This document shows, in pieces, positions 42,881 through 53,561 of a stretch of 64,000 nt of DNA. Positions within the stretch are counted from its first letter, which is position 1. Every line of letters begins with the position of its first letter. The position numbers and the translations under genes were made by a program. The notes under the pieces are model-generated. The model did no database searches and was not told the DNA's origin. It saw only the letters and a list, made by a program, of their open reading frames with translations. Origin of the DNA: an uncultured Nitrososphaerota archaeon (GTDB taxonomy: Archaea; Thermoproteota; Nitrososphaeria; Nitrososphaerales; CADDZS01); NCBI GenBank assembly GCA_963799845.1, contig CAWCYI010000007.1:1-64000 (forward strand), read 5' to 3'.

Positions 42881-44160
42881 CTAGCCTCCTTCAGTGACTT
42901 GCTGGTTTCCCAGTCTCCGTTCGATATAACGCAACAATAATGGGGTTTGAAGAACGATAGACAAGAAGGCAACTCCCAAAACCATGCTCGTAATCACGTG
43001 AATGTCGGAGTCGGTTAGTACTGCGGATGCGGTCAAAGATGCCGCCAATGCAATTGAGAGCGCACCTCGTACTCCGCCCAGCATGGCAACATTGCTCCAA
43101 CTAATGGGAATCCTTTCTTCAATCTGGTTAAAGATTGCAAGTATTGGGTAAACTGAAGCTGCTCTTGCCACCGTCACTGCAAGATAGGCTGTGATTATCA
43201 AAAAAATGGATTGTGTGAACGTGACGAGGTTTGTCTCGAATCCTATCAGAAGGAACGCAACAGAGTTCCCAATGAAGGCTGCGATTTCCCAGAAGGTCAA
43301 GATTGCTTCTCTTGTCTCGGGAGCTATCGTCGCCTTCATCGTGACGTTTCCAAAATAAAGCCCGACGACTGCAACCGCGATCAGTCCAGAGGCTCCTATT
43401 CCAGAAGCTAAAATGTATGATCCGTAGACGGCTGTTATTGTCAGAATCACTTCAGTAATTTTGTCTTCTGTGACGGAACTGATGCTCTTCGCTCCATACG
43501 CAATCGCCAGACCAATTATCGTACCCCCTCCGATGCTGAAGCCGAAACTCAGAAAGTCGGAAAAAACCGGCACGTTTGTAAGGGTAATAGAGGATAGGAC
43601 GATTGTAAAAATTACAATTGCAGTGGCATCGTTAAAAGCAGCTTCTGTATCCATTAGGGCAGAAAGTCTTGGAGCAACGCTTGTACGGCGGAAGATTTCG
43701 AGGACGGTTACCGCATCAGTTGGGGCAATAATCGCCCCGAACAGCAGGGAAACGGAAAGCGACAAGCCTGATATTTGCCATAGAACCAATCCTCCAACTA
43801 GAGTCGCTATGACGACCCCTACAGTAGCGAGAACAAACGAAGGTCTGATCACCGCTCGCAAGTCGGGGGTGCGAATGTGAGTCATCGCTTCAAAGATCAG
43901 CGGAGGGACGACGATCCCGACGAAGAGTCCACCCTGTACAAGGCCGGTGTAAAAGATCTTATTTGCAAGATAGTCGTTAGCAGTGGGTCTGTGATTACGT
44001 TTGAACCTAGGAATGTAATTCCGGAGAAAGCGGTTATTCCAACTCCGATGAAGACCAGGATTACAGTGTATGGTAGTTTGGCTTTGACGGACAGAAGCTG
44101 CGAGGCGAGCATGACCACCAAGAATACGATGAGAATAATCTCAATGCTCGCAACGGCCAT
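42881..44160 (-). CDS. CPA1 (NhaP-like) Na+/H+ antiporter, frameshift near 43900
   Basis: LPYTVILV, GAIIAPTDAV, EAAFNDATA, GGVRGALSIALA. Confidence 0.88.
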
Positions 44161-44326
44161 GAATTTTTCAAATTGCCCTATACTACAATTAAGTTATCGA
44201 GTTATCTGGATCCGAAGAATAAATCCATCATTAACTGGGCCTCAAAACGTACCACTGTTCGTGGGATTGTGATGTGTCAGAGAATATCGATGTCATATTT
44301 GAAGATCAGACAGCGACGGAAATACT

Positions 44327-44720
44327 GTGGCTAGTGTGGGCTCGGATTCCGTAGGAAACTATTCAGCAACATTCCTAATTCGGCTGACGACAGCAGGGAA
44401 GCATAAAGTTGCCGCGACTGATGGAGTTAACAGCGCTACGGGAGTATACACTCTTGTTCCCAATCTAAGTCTGTCTCTAAAAAGCGCTAAAACCGGTAAG
44501 ATAGTTACAGAGACAGTCTCGGGAACTGGATACGCCGAAAAAATTCATTGGTCACAGTCTACATCAATGGAAGTCCCGTTGCAACGGCAACCACTGACGG
44601 CAATGGAGGCTTCACCTTTTCATTCACTGTTCCAATAGAAGTCGCTGGAAGCTACCCAGTGCAAGCAACTGACGCGAGTGGCAATACTAATTCCATTTCG
44701 CCCAGCTTTACATACAACTA
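44327..44720 (+). pseudogene. Fragment of an Ig-like repeat surface protein
   Basis: TTAGKHKVAATDG and a repeated ATATTDGNG...VQATD in another frame. Confidence 0.4.
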
Positions 44721-44746
44721 GAGAAAGACTCCCTAATCTCTGCAAT

Positions 44747-46108
44747 CTAAGACGATGATGCGAAGTATATCTGTGAGTTTGTTGTTGTTGTAGGCTGGTA
44801 CTGCCAGCATGCGAAAGCATCTGAGCCAAAGTTTACTACCCATCCAGTAGATACATCATTTGAAGTTGCAGCCGATCCAGTTGGATTGTTCGAGATGTTT
44901 ATCCCCGGTGGAGCTACCCAAGTAGTGCCTGCATTGGTGGAATCTGTCGCCATGGTATACCAGTGTCCACTGCTGACCTCCCTGCCCCAGATTGCGAACA
45001 CGTAATTTCCATAGGCAATGACATTCAGCGAGGTGCCGGTATTCACAGCCGCAGTTCCACTCTCAGATATAGGGCTGCTCCACGTCACCCCCGCGTTGCT
45101 AGATTCAATAATATAGTTCTGGGCTGCCGGAGATCCGGGATGCACTGTCACCGTGACGTAAACATTGTTCCCCCAGGCAGCGATCTTTGGACCCCACACA
45201 TCGGACAGAGATGGTGCCAGATTGATCTCACTAGACCAAGACAAACCGTTGTTGTGGCTGTATATCACGAAGGATTGACTCGTACTCCCCTTTGTCTCCC
45301 ACGTAACGTAAACATTCGAACCATATCCCCAGACCCAAGGTTCCGCACCGCAGCATCCTTTGATATGGAAGCTCTTCCAAGTAACTCCATCATTTTGCGT
45401 AACTGCTAACCCACCCGCGTCCGAGACTACTATTCCGGAGTTGGCCTCGGCATAAACCTGTGGCTCGTGGAAAGTAGAGACGTGGAAGGGAGAGGTCCAG
45501 TGAACGCCTCCGTCACTGCTCCCTATGACATAGGAATTTGCATTCTGGTCATAAGCAACGTACACAACATTTCCCCAGGAAGAAATGACTGGTGTGATCG
45601 ATCCGTTAATTCCGGTCGTGATCTGGATTGGGGTACTGAATGTTATTCCATAGTTAGTGCTCGCGGTGAAGAAGAGCTGTGGCTGGGAACCGCTTATTCC
45701 ATTGGTCCATGTGACGTAGACATTAGATCCGTTCGCGGATATAACAGGATATTGTGTTCCGAGCGTTCCGACATTCAGCTTTAAAGGTGCCGAGCTCAGA
45801 GGAGGGCTCCAAGTTGTTCCGTTGTCCGGGCTTGCCCTAAAAAATATCCCTCTGTTACCTTCAGTCCAGACGACGTAGACATGACTTCCAGAGTTGGCAT
45901 CCATGGGGAAGATTGCCATCCCTTTATCGTTGCTCAGGTTAAATGCGGCCGAAAAGACAGGTGCAGCAACTGCCGGACTCGTCGACGAGGCATACGCTGT
46001 TCCCAGAGATATTAGGGAAACTGCGAGAAAAAGCGAGACAAGACCTACCGAGATACGAACGAACCAGGTTGGTTTCAAACTCTTTTCTTGGTTTAACATT
46101 TTTTTCAA
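44747..46108 (-). CDS. Secreted Asp-box/BNR (sialidase-like) beta-propeller protein
   Basis: Signal peptide; S.DNG.TW repeats, NVYV.W; ends SQIYFASSS. Confidence 0.85.
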   Translation of the reverse strand: MKKMLNQEKSLKPTWFVRISVGLVSLFLAVSLISLGTAYASSTSPAVAAPVFSAAFNLSNDKGMAIFPMDANSGSHVYVVWTEGNRGIFFRASPDNGTTWSPPLSSAPLKLNVGTLGTQYPVISANGSNVYVTWTNGISGSQPQLFFTASTNYGITFSTPIQITTGINGSITPVISSWGNVVYVAYDQNANSYVIGSSDGGVHWTSPFHVSTFHEPQVYAEANSGIVVSDAGGLAVTQNDGVTWKSFHIKGCCGAEPWVWGYGSNVYVTWETKGSTSQSFVIYSHNNGLSWSSEINLAPSLSDVWGPKIAAWGNNVYVTVTVHPGSPAAQNYIIESSNAGVTWSSPISESGTAAVNTGTSLNVIAYGNYVFAIWGREVSSGHWYTMATDSTNAGTTWVAPPGINISNNPTGSAATSNDVSTGWVVNFGSDAFACWQYQPTTTTNSQIYFASSS

Positions 46109-46198
46109 TAATTCCTTTGAGCTTCAATTCGACGCCCCGATTCACATAGCGAGACGCTGATCATGAACACAAATTCGGGAAAAATACCCGACCTATTT

Positions 46199-46225
46199 AT
46201 CTCTAGTATGTCGAAATCTGATAAT
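46199..46225 (+). promoter_or_regulatory. Conserved upstream motif shared with 51312-51338 and 47976-47993
   Basis: ATCTCTAGTATGTCGAAATCTGATAAT vs reverse complement ATCTCCATTATGTCGAAAGCCGATATT (22/27). Confidence 0.55.
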
Positions 46226-46300
46226 ACTGGACTTTTGGTTTTCCATTTTGTGGCAATCGTTGCAATCAATAAATAGAATTTGACACTGTGAACCAAATCC

Positions 46301-47743
46301 TTGTCTACATTCGAGAGATTCAATCCAAATAAGAAAACTTTCTTGATGATTTCAACTGCGCTGGTTTTGGGGCTACTTTTCATTTTGCCATCAGTCTGCG
46401 TGGGAGCTTTCGCGTCGTCTGCCGCGAGTCCACCAGTCTTCAACTCCGCGATCAACCTGAGCAACGATGCAAGTATTGCAAAGGATCCGGCCGTATCAAA
46501 CAACGGACAGAACGTCTACGTTGTGTGGTCGGAAGGAGCAAAGGGAGTTTTCTTCAGAGTCAGGACAGACGGTGGAAGCACCTGGACGCCACCGACCACC
46601 CAGAGTGCGCTAAAGATCAGTAACAAGGGATCGGGCGCGGCTTCGTTCCCGGTAATGTTCACCCAGTACCAGTCGGTGAACACCGGCGATGTGTACGCAG
46701 CGTGGGCTCAAGGGCAGCAAGTGTACGTCGCCGCTAGCACAAACAACGGTATAAGTTTCAAGACAACCCAACTCAGCCTATCGACCTCAGGCGGTCCCGC
46801 CGAGATTCCCTCGATTGCAGCTTCCGGCTCCGATGTCTACGTCGCCTGGTATCAACCTCGTGGCTGCACTTACGCTTCGAGTGATGCGTGCATCTTCGTC
46901 TCTTACAGCAACGACAACGGTCAGACGTGGAGCGCCCCGATCTTCACCAATTCGGCGGATGGAGTCGGTGAAGAGGAAATTGTCGCCTCCGGTCACAACG
47001 CCTACCTGACCTCGGACGGCATTAATTTTGTAGCCACGTATAACGACGGACAGTCTTGGTCAAAGAGTGTCCTTCTCTACAACTCTTCTCTATTCCCGAA
47101 CTGCTCCCCGTTTTGCTTCGGACGAGAGCCATGGATTGCAGCTGATGGACTCAACGTCTACGTGACGTGGGAGGGAAGCAACCCACAACAGACAACAGGT
47201 ACCAAGACAGACTACCTCGATTACGGACGGGTTAGCACCGATGGAGGACAGACTTGGAATCCACCACTTTCGCAGGCAATGCCGACAGTCCTTACCGGTT
47301 CAACGAGAAACGACTGGGAGCCGGAGAATGCGGCGTTTGGAACAAATGTTATCACAACATTCCACGATCTCGGCAACCAGGGGATCTACATGACCTCGTC
47401 GACAACTTCTGGATCTTCGTGGAGCACTCCGGTACTCGTCAGTCCACTCCACCTGAAGAGCTCGTATGCGCACGTCTACACATCTGACGGCGTGAACGAC
47501 TTTGTCATGTGGGGACAGCAAGTGTCCTCAGGATCCTCAACATGGAATGCATACATCGCATACAGCGGAGACAGTGGGGCTACCTGGAGTTCTCCGATAG
47601 ATATCAGCAACAACGCGAATGGGGTAGCAGCTGGCAACAAGGACGTTACACTGTTCGGATTGTCTAGCAATGGGGCAAACTGTTTTGCTGCGTGGACATA
47701 CACGAACGGCGCGACGAGCCAAATATACTTCGCCTCATCTTGA
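46301..47743 (+). CDS. Secreted Asp-box/BNR (sialidase-like) protein, paralog
   Basis: TDGGSTW, SNDNGQTW, SGDSGATWSSPIDISNN. Confidence 0.85.
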   Translation: MSTFERFNPNKKTFLMISTALVLGLLFILPSVCVGAFASSAASPPVFNSAINLSNDASIAKDPAVSNNGQNVYVVWSEGAKGVFFRVRTDGGSTWTPPTTQSALKISNKGSGAASFPVMFTQYQSVNTGDVYAAWAQGQQVYVAASTNNGISFKTTQLSLSTSGGPAEIPSIAASGSDVYVAWYQPRGCTYASSDACIFVSYSNDNGQTWSAPIFTNSADGVGEEEIVASGHNAYLTSDGINFVATYNDGQSWSKSVLLYNSSLFPNCSPFCFGREPWIAADGLNVYVTWEGSNPQQTTGTKTDYLDYGRVSTDGGQTWNPPLSQAMPTVLTGSTRNDWEPENAAFGTNVITTFHDLGNQGIYMTSSTTSGSSWSTPVLVSPLHLKSSYAHVYTSDGVNDFVMWGQQVSSGSSTWNAYIAYSGDSGATWSSPIDISNNANGVAAGNKDVTLFGLSSNGANCFAAWTYTNGATSQIYFASS

Positions 47744-48031
47744 GAGATGAGCGGAGGTCCTTTCTTTTTTCAATGTTCAAGATCTGAGAAATAAACTCTT
47801 CATCTTTTTGCTGAAAGAAGCGCCTTCGAAGAATAGTCTTGGAAATATCTTGCTGAGCTATCTTAGGTCTCACTTAAACTCCCAGACCCAGAAATCTGCT
47901 TCTCTGGATCGCATGTCGTAAGAGGGATTTGGTCTTTTCCCTTTTTTTGCAGGATCATGCAAAGCATATTCCCGTATTATCTAATTTCGATATGAGCTTA
48001 TGAAACGTGGAATCGGAGAGAAAGATTATTT

Positions 48032-48724
48032 TTGGGTGATTGTCTAACATTAAGTGTCCAGTTGCCATTGCCTTCTCCTCTTCCTCATCTGAGCGGTATC
48101 CAGTCGAGAATCCTGCTAGTCGTTTTTCAGTCTGGACAACAATTCGTAAGCAACGAAGATGTGATGAAGTCGGGTGTCGGGCACTCTGCGTGGTCCGAAG
48201 AGCAAAAGAAACTCATTGAATTGCGATTGTTGGAAAAAAGGTCTCTTCGTGTAATAAGAGGAAGGAGCGTTTGCAAGACTGTCAGCTATAAGCTCACGGA
48301 TAAGGGCCGGGCCGTTGCCTTCAACCTTTCTTGCATTTCAAAGATGATTTCTTCTCCGGAAATGTCAGAAAAACTGAATCTGCGGACTTTGAGCAGGGTA
48401 GAACTTGAAAACGAGATCATAGAATCAATCGAAGTTGCTTTAGATAGTTTTGGGATAAATCTGCTACCTCTCGTCAAGGGCATTATCGAAGATGAAGGAA
48501 GCCGTCGCTGGAAAGAAGTGATTCACGACAGTCAGCAGTTGATTACAACTCTCAGAGGTTTATTTGGTCAGTCTGGAGCCAGCACCATTGAATCGATGGT
48601 TGTTGATAACTTGAAATCTCGTTTTGACTTCGAATCGAAGGAAAATGACCTAAACAATTTGATATCTGAGCTCAAACAGAAAAATTCTGCAGGACAACTT
48701 TCGCAAACGGTTTTTGAAGTCTGA
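48032..48724 (+). CDS. Winged-helix regulator with C-terminal thaumarchaeal output-like domain
   Basis: SYKLTDKGRAVA wing; LRGLFGQSGASTIESMVVDNL. Confidence 0.6.
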   Translation: MGDCLTLSVQLPLPSPLPHLSGIQSRILLVVFQSGQQFVSNEDVMKSGVGHSAWSEEQKKLIELRLLEKRSLRVIRGRSVCKTVSYKLTDKGRAVAFNLSCISKMISSPEMSEKLNLRTLSRVELENEIIESIEVALDSFGINLLPLVKGIIEDEGSRRWKEVIHDSQQLITTLRGLFGQSGASTIESMVVDNLKSRFDFESKENDLNNLISELKQKNSAGQLSQTVFEV

Positions 48725-48742
48725 AAAAAGTGGTGAGTACCC

Positions 48743-49150
48743 ATGTCTTTCGACATTTCTGAAATCGCAATTCTTCCATCTCCATCAACGATCCTGGTCG
48801 CCCTCGATCTCGCCACCGTTTTTGCAACAATTGGTCTCGGATATTACGCTGTGAAAATTTTCTTCCACATGCGACTGGGTAGATTAGAGAATGGTTGGAA
48901 AATGGTTACACAAGGAATTATTTCTCTATGTTTCGGATTCCTCTTTTTGACTTTTCAGCACGTGATTCCTCGTGAATCGAATTTGTACTTCTATCTTGAT
49001 GCCGTCGGCACGTTTCTGAGCATTATAGGAATAGTACTAATGATGATGGGTCTGCGTTCGCATTACCTTGTGTGGACAAGAAAGAAATCTTCTGCACATA
49101 TCTCTAGCAATGATGAACGGCAAACGAGCAGTGACATTTCCCTAACTTGA
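48743..49150 (+). CDS. Small multi-pass membrane protein
   Basis: Three hydrophobic segments; GRLENGWK. Confidence 0.6.
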   Translation: MSFDISEIAILPSPSTILVALDLATVFATIGLGYYAVKIFFHMRLGRLENGWKMVTQGIISLCFGFLFLTFQHVIPRESNLYFYLDAVGTFLSIIGIVLMMMGLRSHYLVWTRKKSSAHISSNDERQTSSDISLT

Positions 49151-49790
49151 AGGAATCCTGCGTGTAACCGATCTTCTGACTTGTTGAAAAGCCCAATGAT
49201 CTCACGATGTTGGAAGAGCCCATGATTTGATTTCATATATTTTATCAATACGTCCTAAGTAGGGATCCAACCAGGGCAAACATTCAATTTCTCAGATATG
49301 GACTGTTCAGCTTGTGCTCTGTTGAATTTCATAGGTTAACGTTTATCAGAAGAATTGCAGAAAATGTCGACTCGAAAAGAGAAATTGTCTACAGATACCA
49401 TTGGAATTGACGAAGCGATAGCTAGGGTAAGTGAGATAGCAAATCGATTGAATAATGTGCCTCGAAAGGGGAAGTAGAAGTGGAGGCGCTGGAAATCGAA
49501 TCGTCGATAACACGATCTTGGGACCAGACATGGGATTACTCAAGCCACTATGGAATGATGAGTACCATGATGTCAGGTTGTCTGTATTCGTATACAATGA
49601 TGCGCTCATGGTATCCTAGGCACGCAAGAGTAGCTGAGCGGATGGTCTTCGAACCCTGCGACTTTCTTTCTTCATCCAGTTTTGGATAGCCATTATCACA
49701 TCTGATAATCGTATTGGTTTCTTATATAACTCGTATTCGTTAAGATCAGAAACAAAAGAGGAAAAGGAGGTGTAATTCTCCTCCTAAATG

Positions 49791-51221
49791 CTAAGATCCT
49801 GCGAAGTAGATTTGGGAAGTACCCGCGTTGCTCAGGCTCCAAATCGCATAGCAGTGTGTGCCTGAAGTCGAAAGATTTGACGAAGTTACATCTGTGTTGG
49901 GTCCGGCAACACCGTTTGCATTGTTACTGATGTCAATCGGAGAACTCCAAGTAGTTCCTCCGTCGCCGCTGTACGCGATGTACTGGTTCCAAGTGGATGA
50001 TCCTGACTTTACCTGCTGCCCCCACATGACGAATACGTTCACTCCATCGGATGTGAAGATATGTCCAAACGAGCTCTTCAATTTGGTTGTGCTAAGCAGT
50101 ACTGGAGTACTCCAGCTGGGAGACTCAGTATTGACGTTGATAGCTTCAGTCACGTAAATTCCTTGGTTTGAAATGACATGGAATGTCTCGAAGAGGCTGC
50201 TTCCGTACGCGGCATTCTCCGGCTCCCAGCTGTTCTTGATGGCATCGGTCAGGTTCTGTATAGCTCCCCACGTTTTTCCTCCATCCATACTTGTAACTGA
50301 TTGGTCGTGATAACCAACTCCCGGTGTCGTACTGTTTGCTTCCCAAGTCACGTAAACTTGGTTCCCCCACGCTGCAATCCATGGTTCGCGTCCAACGTAG
50401 TACGAAGTCGTAGTGTTAGCCGGGTTATAGAGGTTGATTTGCGGCGACCAGGAAGCCCCCGAATCGTAGGTGGCAGTATAGTAGATACCATCAGCAACCA
50501 GGTACGCGCTGTTGCCGTATGCCACGATTTGCGATTCACCTGCATACGACGGATTTACAATGCCTAGAGGTGCGCTCCATGTAGTGCCGTTGTTGGTGGA
50601 AGAGGAGACATCAATGCCACCAGGTAAGACGTAATGCCCGCCACCGGCAGAGAACCAAGCAACGTACACGTTGCTCCCCCACGCAGATATTGTCGGAGTG
50701 TTCTGGGCGTTGGTTGAGTTGTGACTCAGCTGAGTAAGCTTGAATGAGAGCCCGCTATTATTGCTCACGGCTACGAAGATTTGTGATACCAAGGAACCAT
50801 TCGCCTGTTTCACTCCTTGGGTCCAAGCGACGTAGACATCTCCGCTGTTTACCCCCTGGTACTGAGTGAACATTACTGGAAACGAAGCACTTCCTCCGCT
50901 CCTACTCAGTTTCAAAGCTGGAGAAGATAGAGACGGGGTCCAAGTGTTTCCGCCGTCAGTGCTCATCCTAAAGAATAAACCTTTGCTCCCTTCGACCCAC
51001 GCCGCATAAACATTGAGTCCCTGGCTAGAAATAACTGGATTCTTTGCGTTTCCCAGATCATCACTCAAATTCACTGCAGGGCTGAAAGTTGGCGCGGTAC
51101 TAGTCGAAGCAGAAGCAAACATAGTGATCCCGCCCGCCGAAAGAATTAGGGTTAGCGCAAATGCCAAGCAAAGTACAGGGGAAGCTTTTCCAAATTTCTT
51201 GATTGAAAATCCATACTTCAT
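49791..51221 (-). CDS. Secreted Asp-box/BNR (sialidase-like) protein, paralog
   Basis: Shares ASFPVMFTQYQ, GREPWIAA, WEPENAA and SSPIDISNNANGVA with 46301..47743. Confidence 0.85.
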   Translation of the reverse strand: MKYGFSIKKFGKASPVLCLAFALTLILSAGGITMFASASTSTAPTFSPAVNLSDDLGNAKNPVISSQGLNVYAAWVEGSKGLFFRMSTDGGNTWTPSLSSPALKLSRSGGSASFPVMFTQYQGVNSGDVYVAWTQGVKQANGSLVSQIFVAVSNNSGLSFKLTQLSHNSTNAQNTPTISAWGSNVYVAWFSAGGGHYVLPGGIDVSSSTNNGTTWSAPLGIVNPSYAGESQIVAYGNSAYLVADGIYYTATYDSGASWSPQINLYNPANTTTSYYVGREPWIAAWGNQVYVTWEANSTTPGVGYHDQSVTSMDGGKTWGAIQNLTDAIKNSWEPENAAYGSSLFETFHVISNQGIYVTEAINVNTESPSWSTPVLLSTTKLKSSFGHIFTSDGVNVFVMWGQQVKSGSSTWNQYIAYSGDGGTTWSSPIDISNNANGVAGPNTDVTSSNLSTSGTHCYAIWSLSNAGTSQIYFAGS

Positions 51222-51863
51222 AAATGAGATCAGAAGATCTCCTTCTATCTTCTCACAATAAATTACTTTGGAGCATTTCTGTAAAATGGAAGGAAATTAC
51301 ACAAACAGGGCAATATCGGCTTTCGACATAATGGAGATAGAATGATCGATTAACGACTCTAGATTTCGAGCGGATGAGCTGGGCATAGCTATCTAAAGCA
51401 AAAACATCGACTAAGAAGGACGGAAGCATCCTGAAATCATAGACCAGTCGCTTTTGAAAGAGTTTGAACGACTAGGGTAATGGAAATTATGAGGAACTTG
51501 ATCAGGGAATGTATTAGATGCAAGCAATTATGATGCTAAGATTACTCTGAATGCCAACAATATCTACATCGGTCGAACCGAACAAATCCATATCCAAATA
51601 AATGACACCGGAATAACTTCCACAGGACTAAATTTATTGACTATGCCAAAAAGCACAATTCGACGCTTCGACCTCGGAATCCGAGAGCCCACCATTGGGA
51701 AAATGCAGCCATAGGTAGCTCGGCAGCTGGTCTCTCGTTCACAGTCAACACTTTGGAAAACAAAATCGGATGTGAACTCTACATCCCTAGATCGAAAGAG
51801 CTCTATGAGCTTTCTCAACCAATACAAAGACCAGATAGAGAAAGAGATGGGGGAAAAGAGCGC

Positions 51864-51890
51864 GCGCGCTGCGGGGTCCCACGTTCCAAT
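51864..51890 (+). repeat. Partial hairpin repeat copy I
   Basis: TGCGGGGTCCCACGTTCC core. Confidence 0.6.
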
Positions 51891-51917
51891 CAGGCACGAG
51901 CGCAAGAATTTCGCAAT

Positions 51918-51965
51918 GGAGGTAACAAATTGAACCTAGGTGGTGTCAGATACCATCCCCTCCAC
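51918..51965 (+). other. attR-like right end of module 3
   Basis: GGAGGTAACAAATTGAACCTAGGTGGTGTCAGATA-CCATCCCCTCCAC; 13-bp core identical to 8806-8818. Confidence 0.8.
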
Positions 51966-52126
51966 TCCTTATTAGGGTCTAGAAGATAGCAGCGCTCGGA
52001 AACAAGAAAAAAGTAAAGTGACTTACTCGACATTAGCTTCCGCGTACGAAGCTAGTCGCGAAATCGCCCCTCTCGCAAATGTCGCAATAATTATATTCAG
52101 TAGGCAGTGTTAGGGAAGTTATTTCG

Positions 52127-52537
52127 ATGAACCCATCCGAACAAATTGACGAAAAGATCGCAGAACTAGCAGATTGGCGTGGGGATATGCTTGCCAAACT
52201 TCGTAAAATCATCCATGACACTGATCCAGAAGTGATCGAGGAGTGGAAATGGATGGGAACCCCAACCTTCTCCCATGATGGAATTTTCGCGATTGTGAAT
52301 GCACACAAAGACCATGTGAAGATGACTTTTTCTCAAGGTGCAAGTCTTCCAGATCACGAGAAGGTCTTCAACGCGATGCTAAAAGGCAACCAATGGCGTG
52401 CGATTGATTTCTATCAGGGTGATAAGATCAATGAACGCGCTATGAAAAATCTCATCCGCTCGGCTATCGCGCTCAATACTGCTGCCTTGAAAAAGAAAAA
52501 TTCCAAGACCCGACCTAAAGCAAAGAAAAAATCGTAA
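52127..52537 (+). CDS. DUF1801 (YdhG-like) protein
   Basis: DWRGDMLAKLRKII...EEWKWMGTP...KMTFSQGASLPD...RAIDF. Confidence 0.9.
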   Translation: MNPSEQIDEKIAELADWRGDMLAKLRKIIHDTDPEVIEEWKWMGTPTFSHDGIFAIVNAHKDHVKMTFSQGASLPDHEKVFNAMLKGNQWRAIDFYQGDKINERAMKNLIRSAIALNTAALKKKNSKTRPKAKKKS

Positions 52538-52633
52538 CCATGGCGGTTAAGCAAAAAACCAGCGATTTTTTTGACGAGTCTTACAAGTGCACATGCTGTT
52601 CAGTTTTATCCTGAAGACGCTAGTTCAACGGCT

Positions 52634-53165
52634 TTACTGTCGTGTAGGTTTTTGCCGATAGCAGGGCCGAAGTTCTTCAACGCGTGTCATCCAGTCGGGC
52701 ATTGAAGTTTCATCAAGAGAAGCTTCCAGACGATCCAGAAAGGCATGAGCACCTGAAGAGAAGACCTGCGCAGTCCCGCGGGTCAAATTCCTATGGGTCA
52801 TTTTGAGTACCGATGTCTCTCCATCGCGCCGGATCTCCCAGCGGATCGTCAGCTTTTTCACCCCTTGGAAAATCAGCGCTCGGCTCGACGATCCACTCGT
52901 GCTCGAAGACGTGCGGAGGGTCCCACACAAGAATGCTTCCGGTAACGTGTACCTGAGTCGGTCCACTCCAAAATTCGATCCGCCCACCCTGCCTTCCATC
53001 AATCCGGGCCTTTGTCAGGTACCATTCCGCAAGTTCCTTGGGTTCAGTAATAGCTTCCCAAACTATTTCCGGCGGATGCGACAATTGGCGCTCGAATTCC
53101 AGAGTCGCGTTTTCACCCTCTACACTCACGCTGCCAAAACGTGATGAGGAAGTACTCGTCATCAT
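52634..53165 (-). CDS. SRPBCC/Aha1 domain protein, frameshift near 52860
   Basis: LEFERQLSHPPEIVWEAITEP.LAEW; WDPPHVFEHEW; GAHAFLDRL. Confidence 0.85.
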
Positions 53166-53503
53166 TTTTTCTTCATACTCGCATGCTTGAATGCCTTACT
53201 GTCAAGATGCTCTTCGAGAGTATCCATCTTGATTGCCCAGAACTCCTGATACTTGGAGACCCAGTCGTGCAGTTCTCGCAGGCCCTCGGGCTTTAGTGCG
53301 TATATCCTCTGTTGGGCCTGAACGGTCACACTGACAAGTTGAGCTTCTCTGAGCACCCGGAGATGTTGCGACACACCAGGCTGAGTCAGCTTGGGGAAGC
53401 TACTGACAATCTCCCCCGCAGTGTGAGGTCCCGTAGCAAGCAGATCAATCATCGCTCGTCGGGTAGGGTCTGCAATGGCCGAAAACACACTAGTTGCGCT
53501 CAC
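53162..53503 (-). CDS. ArsR/SmtB-family regulator
   Basis: VFSAIADPTRR...TQPGVSQHLRVLREAQLV...QRIYAL. Confidence 0.92.
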   Translation of the reverse strand: MSATSVFSAIADPTRRAMIDLLATGPHTAGEIVSSFPKLTQPGVSQHLRVLREAQLVSVTVQAQQRIYALKPEGLRELHDWVSKYQEFWAIKMDTLEEHLDSKAFKHASMKKK

Positions 53504-53561
53504 TCAAATCGCCATTAATAGAAAAAATGGGTGAACCTAGAATGTTTGTCTCTGTGGCCAT

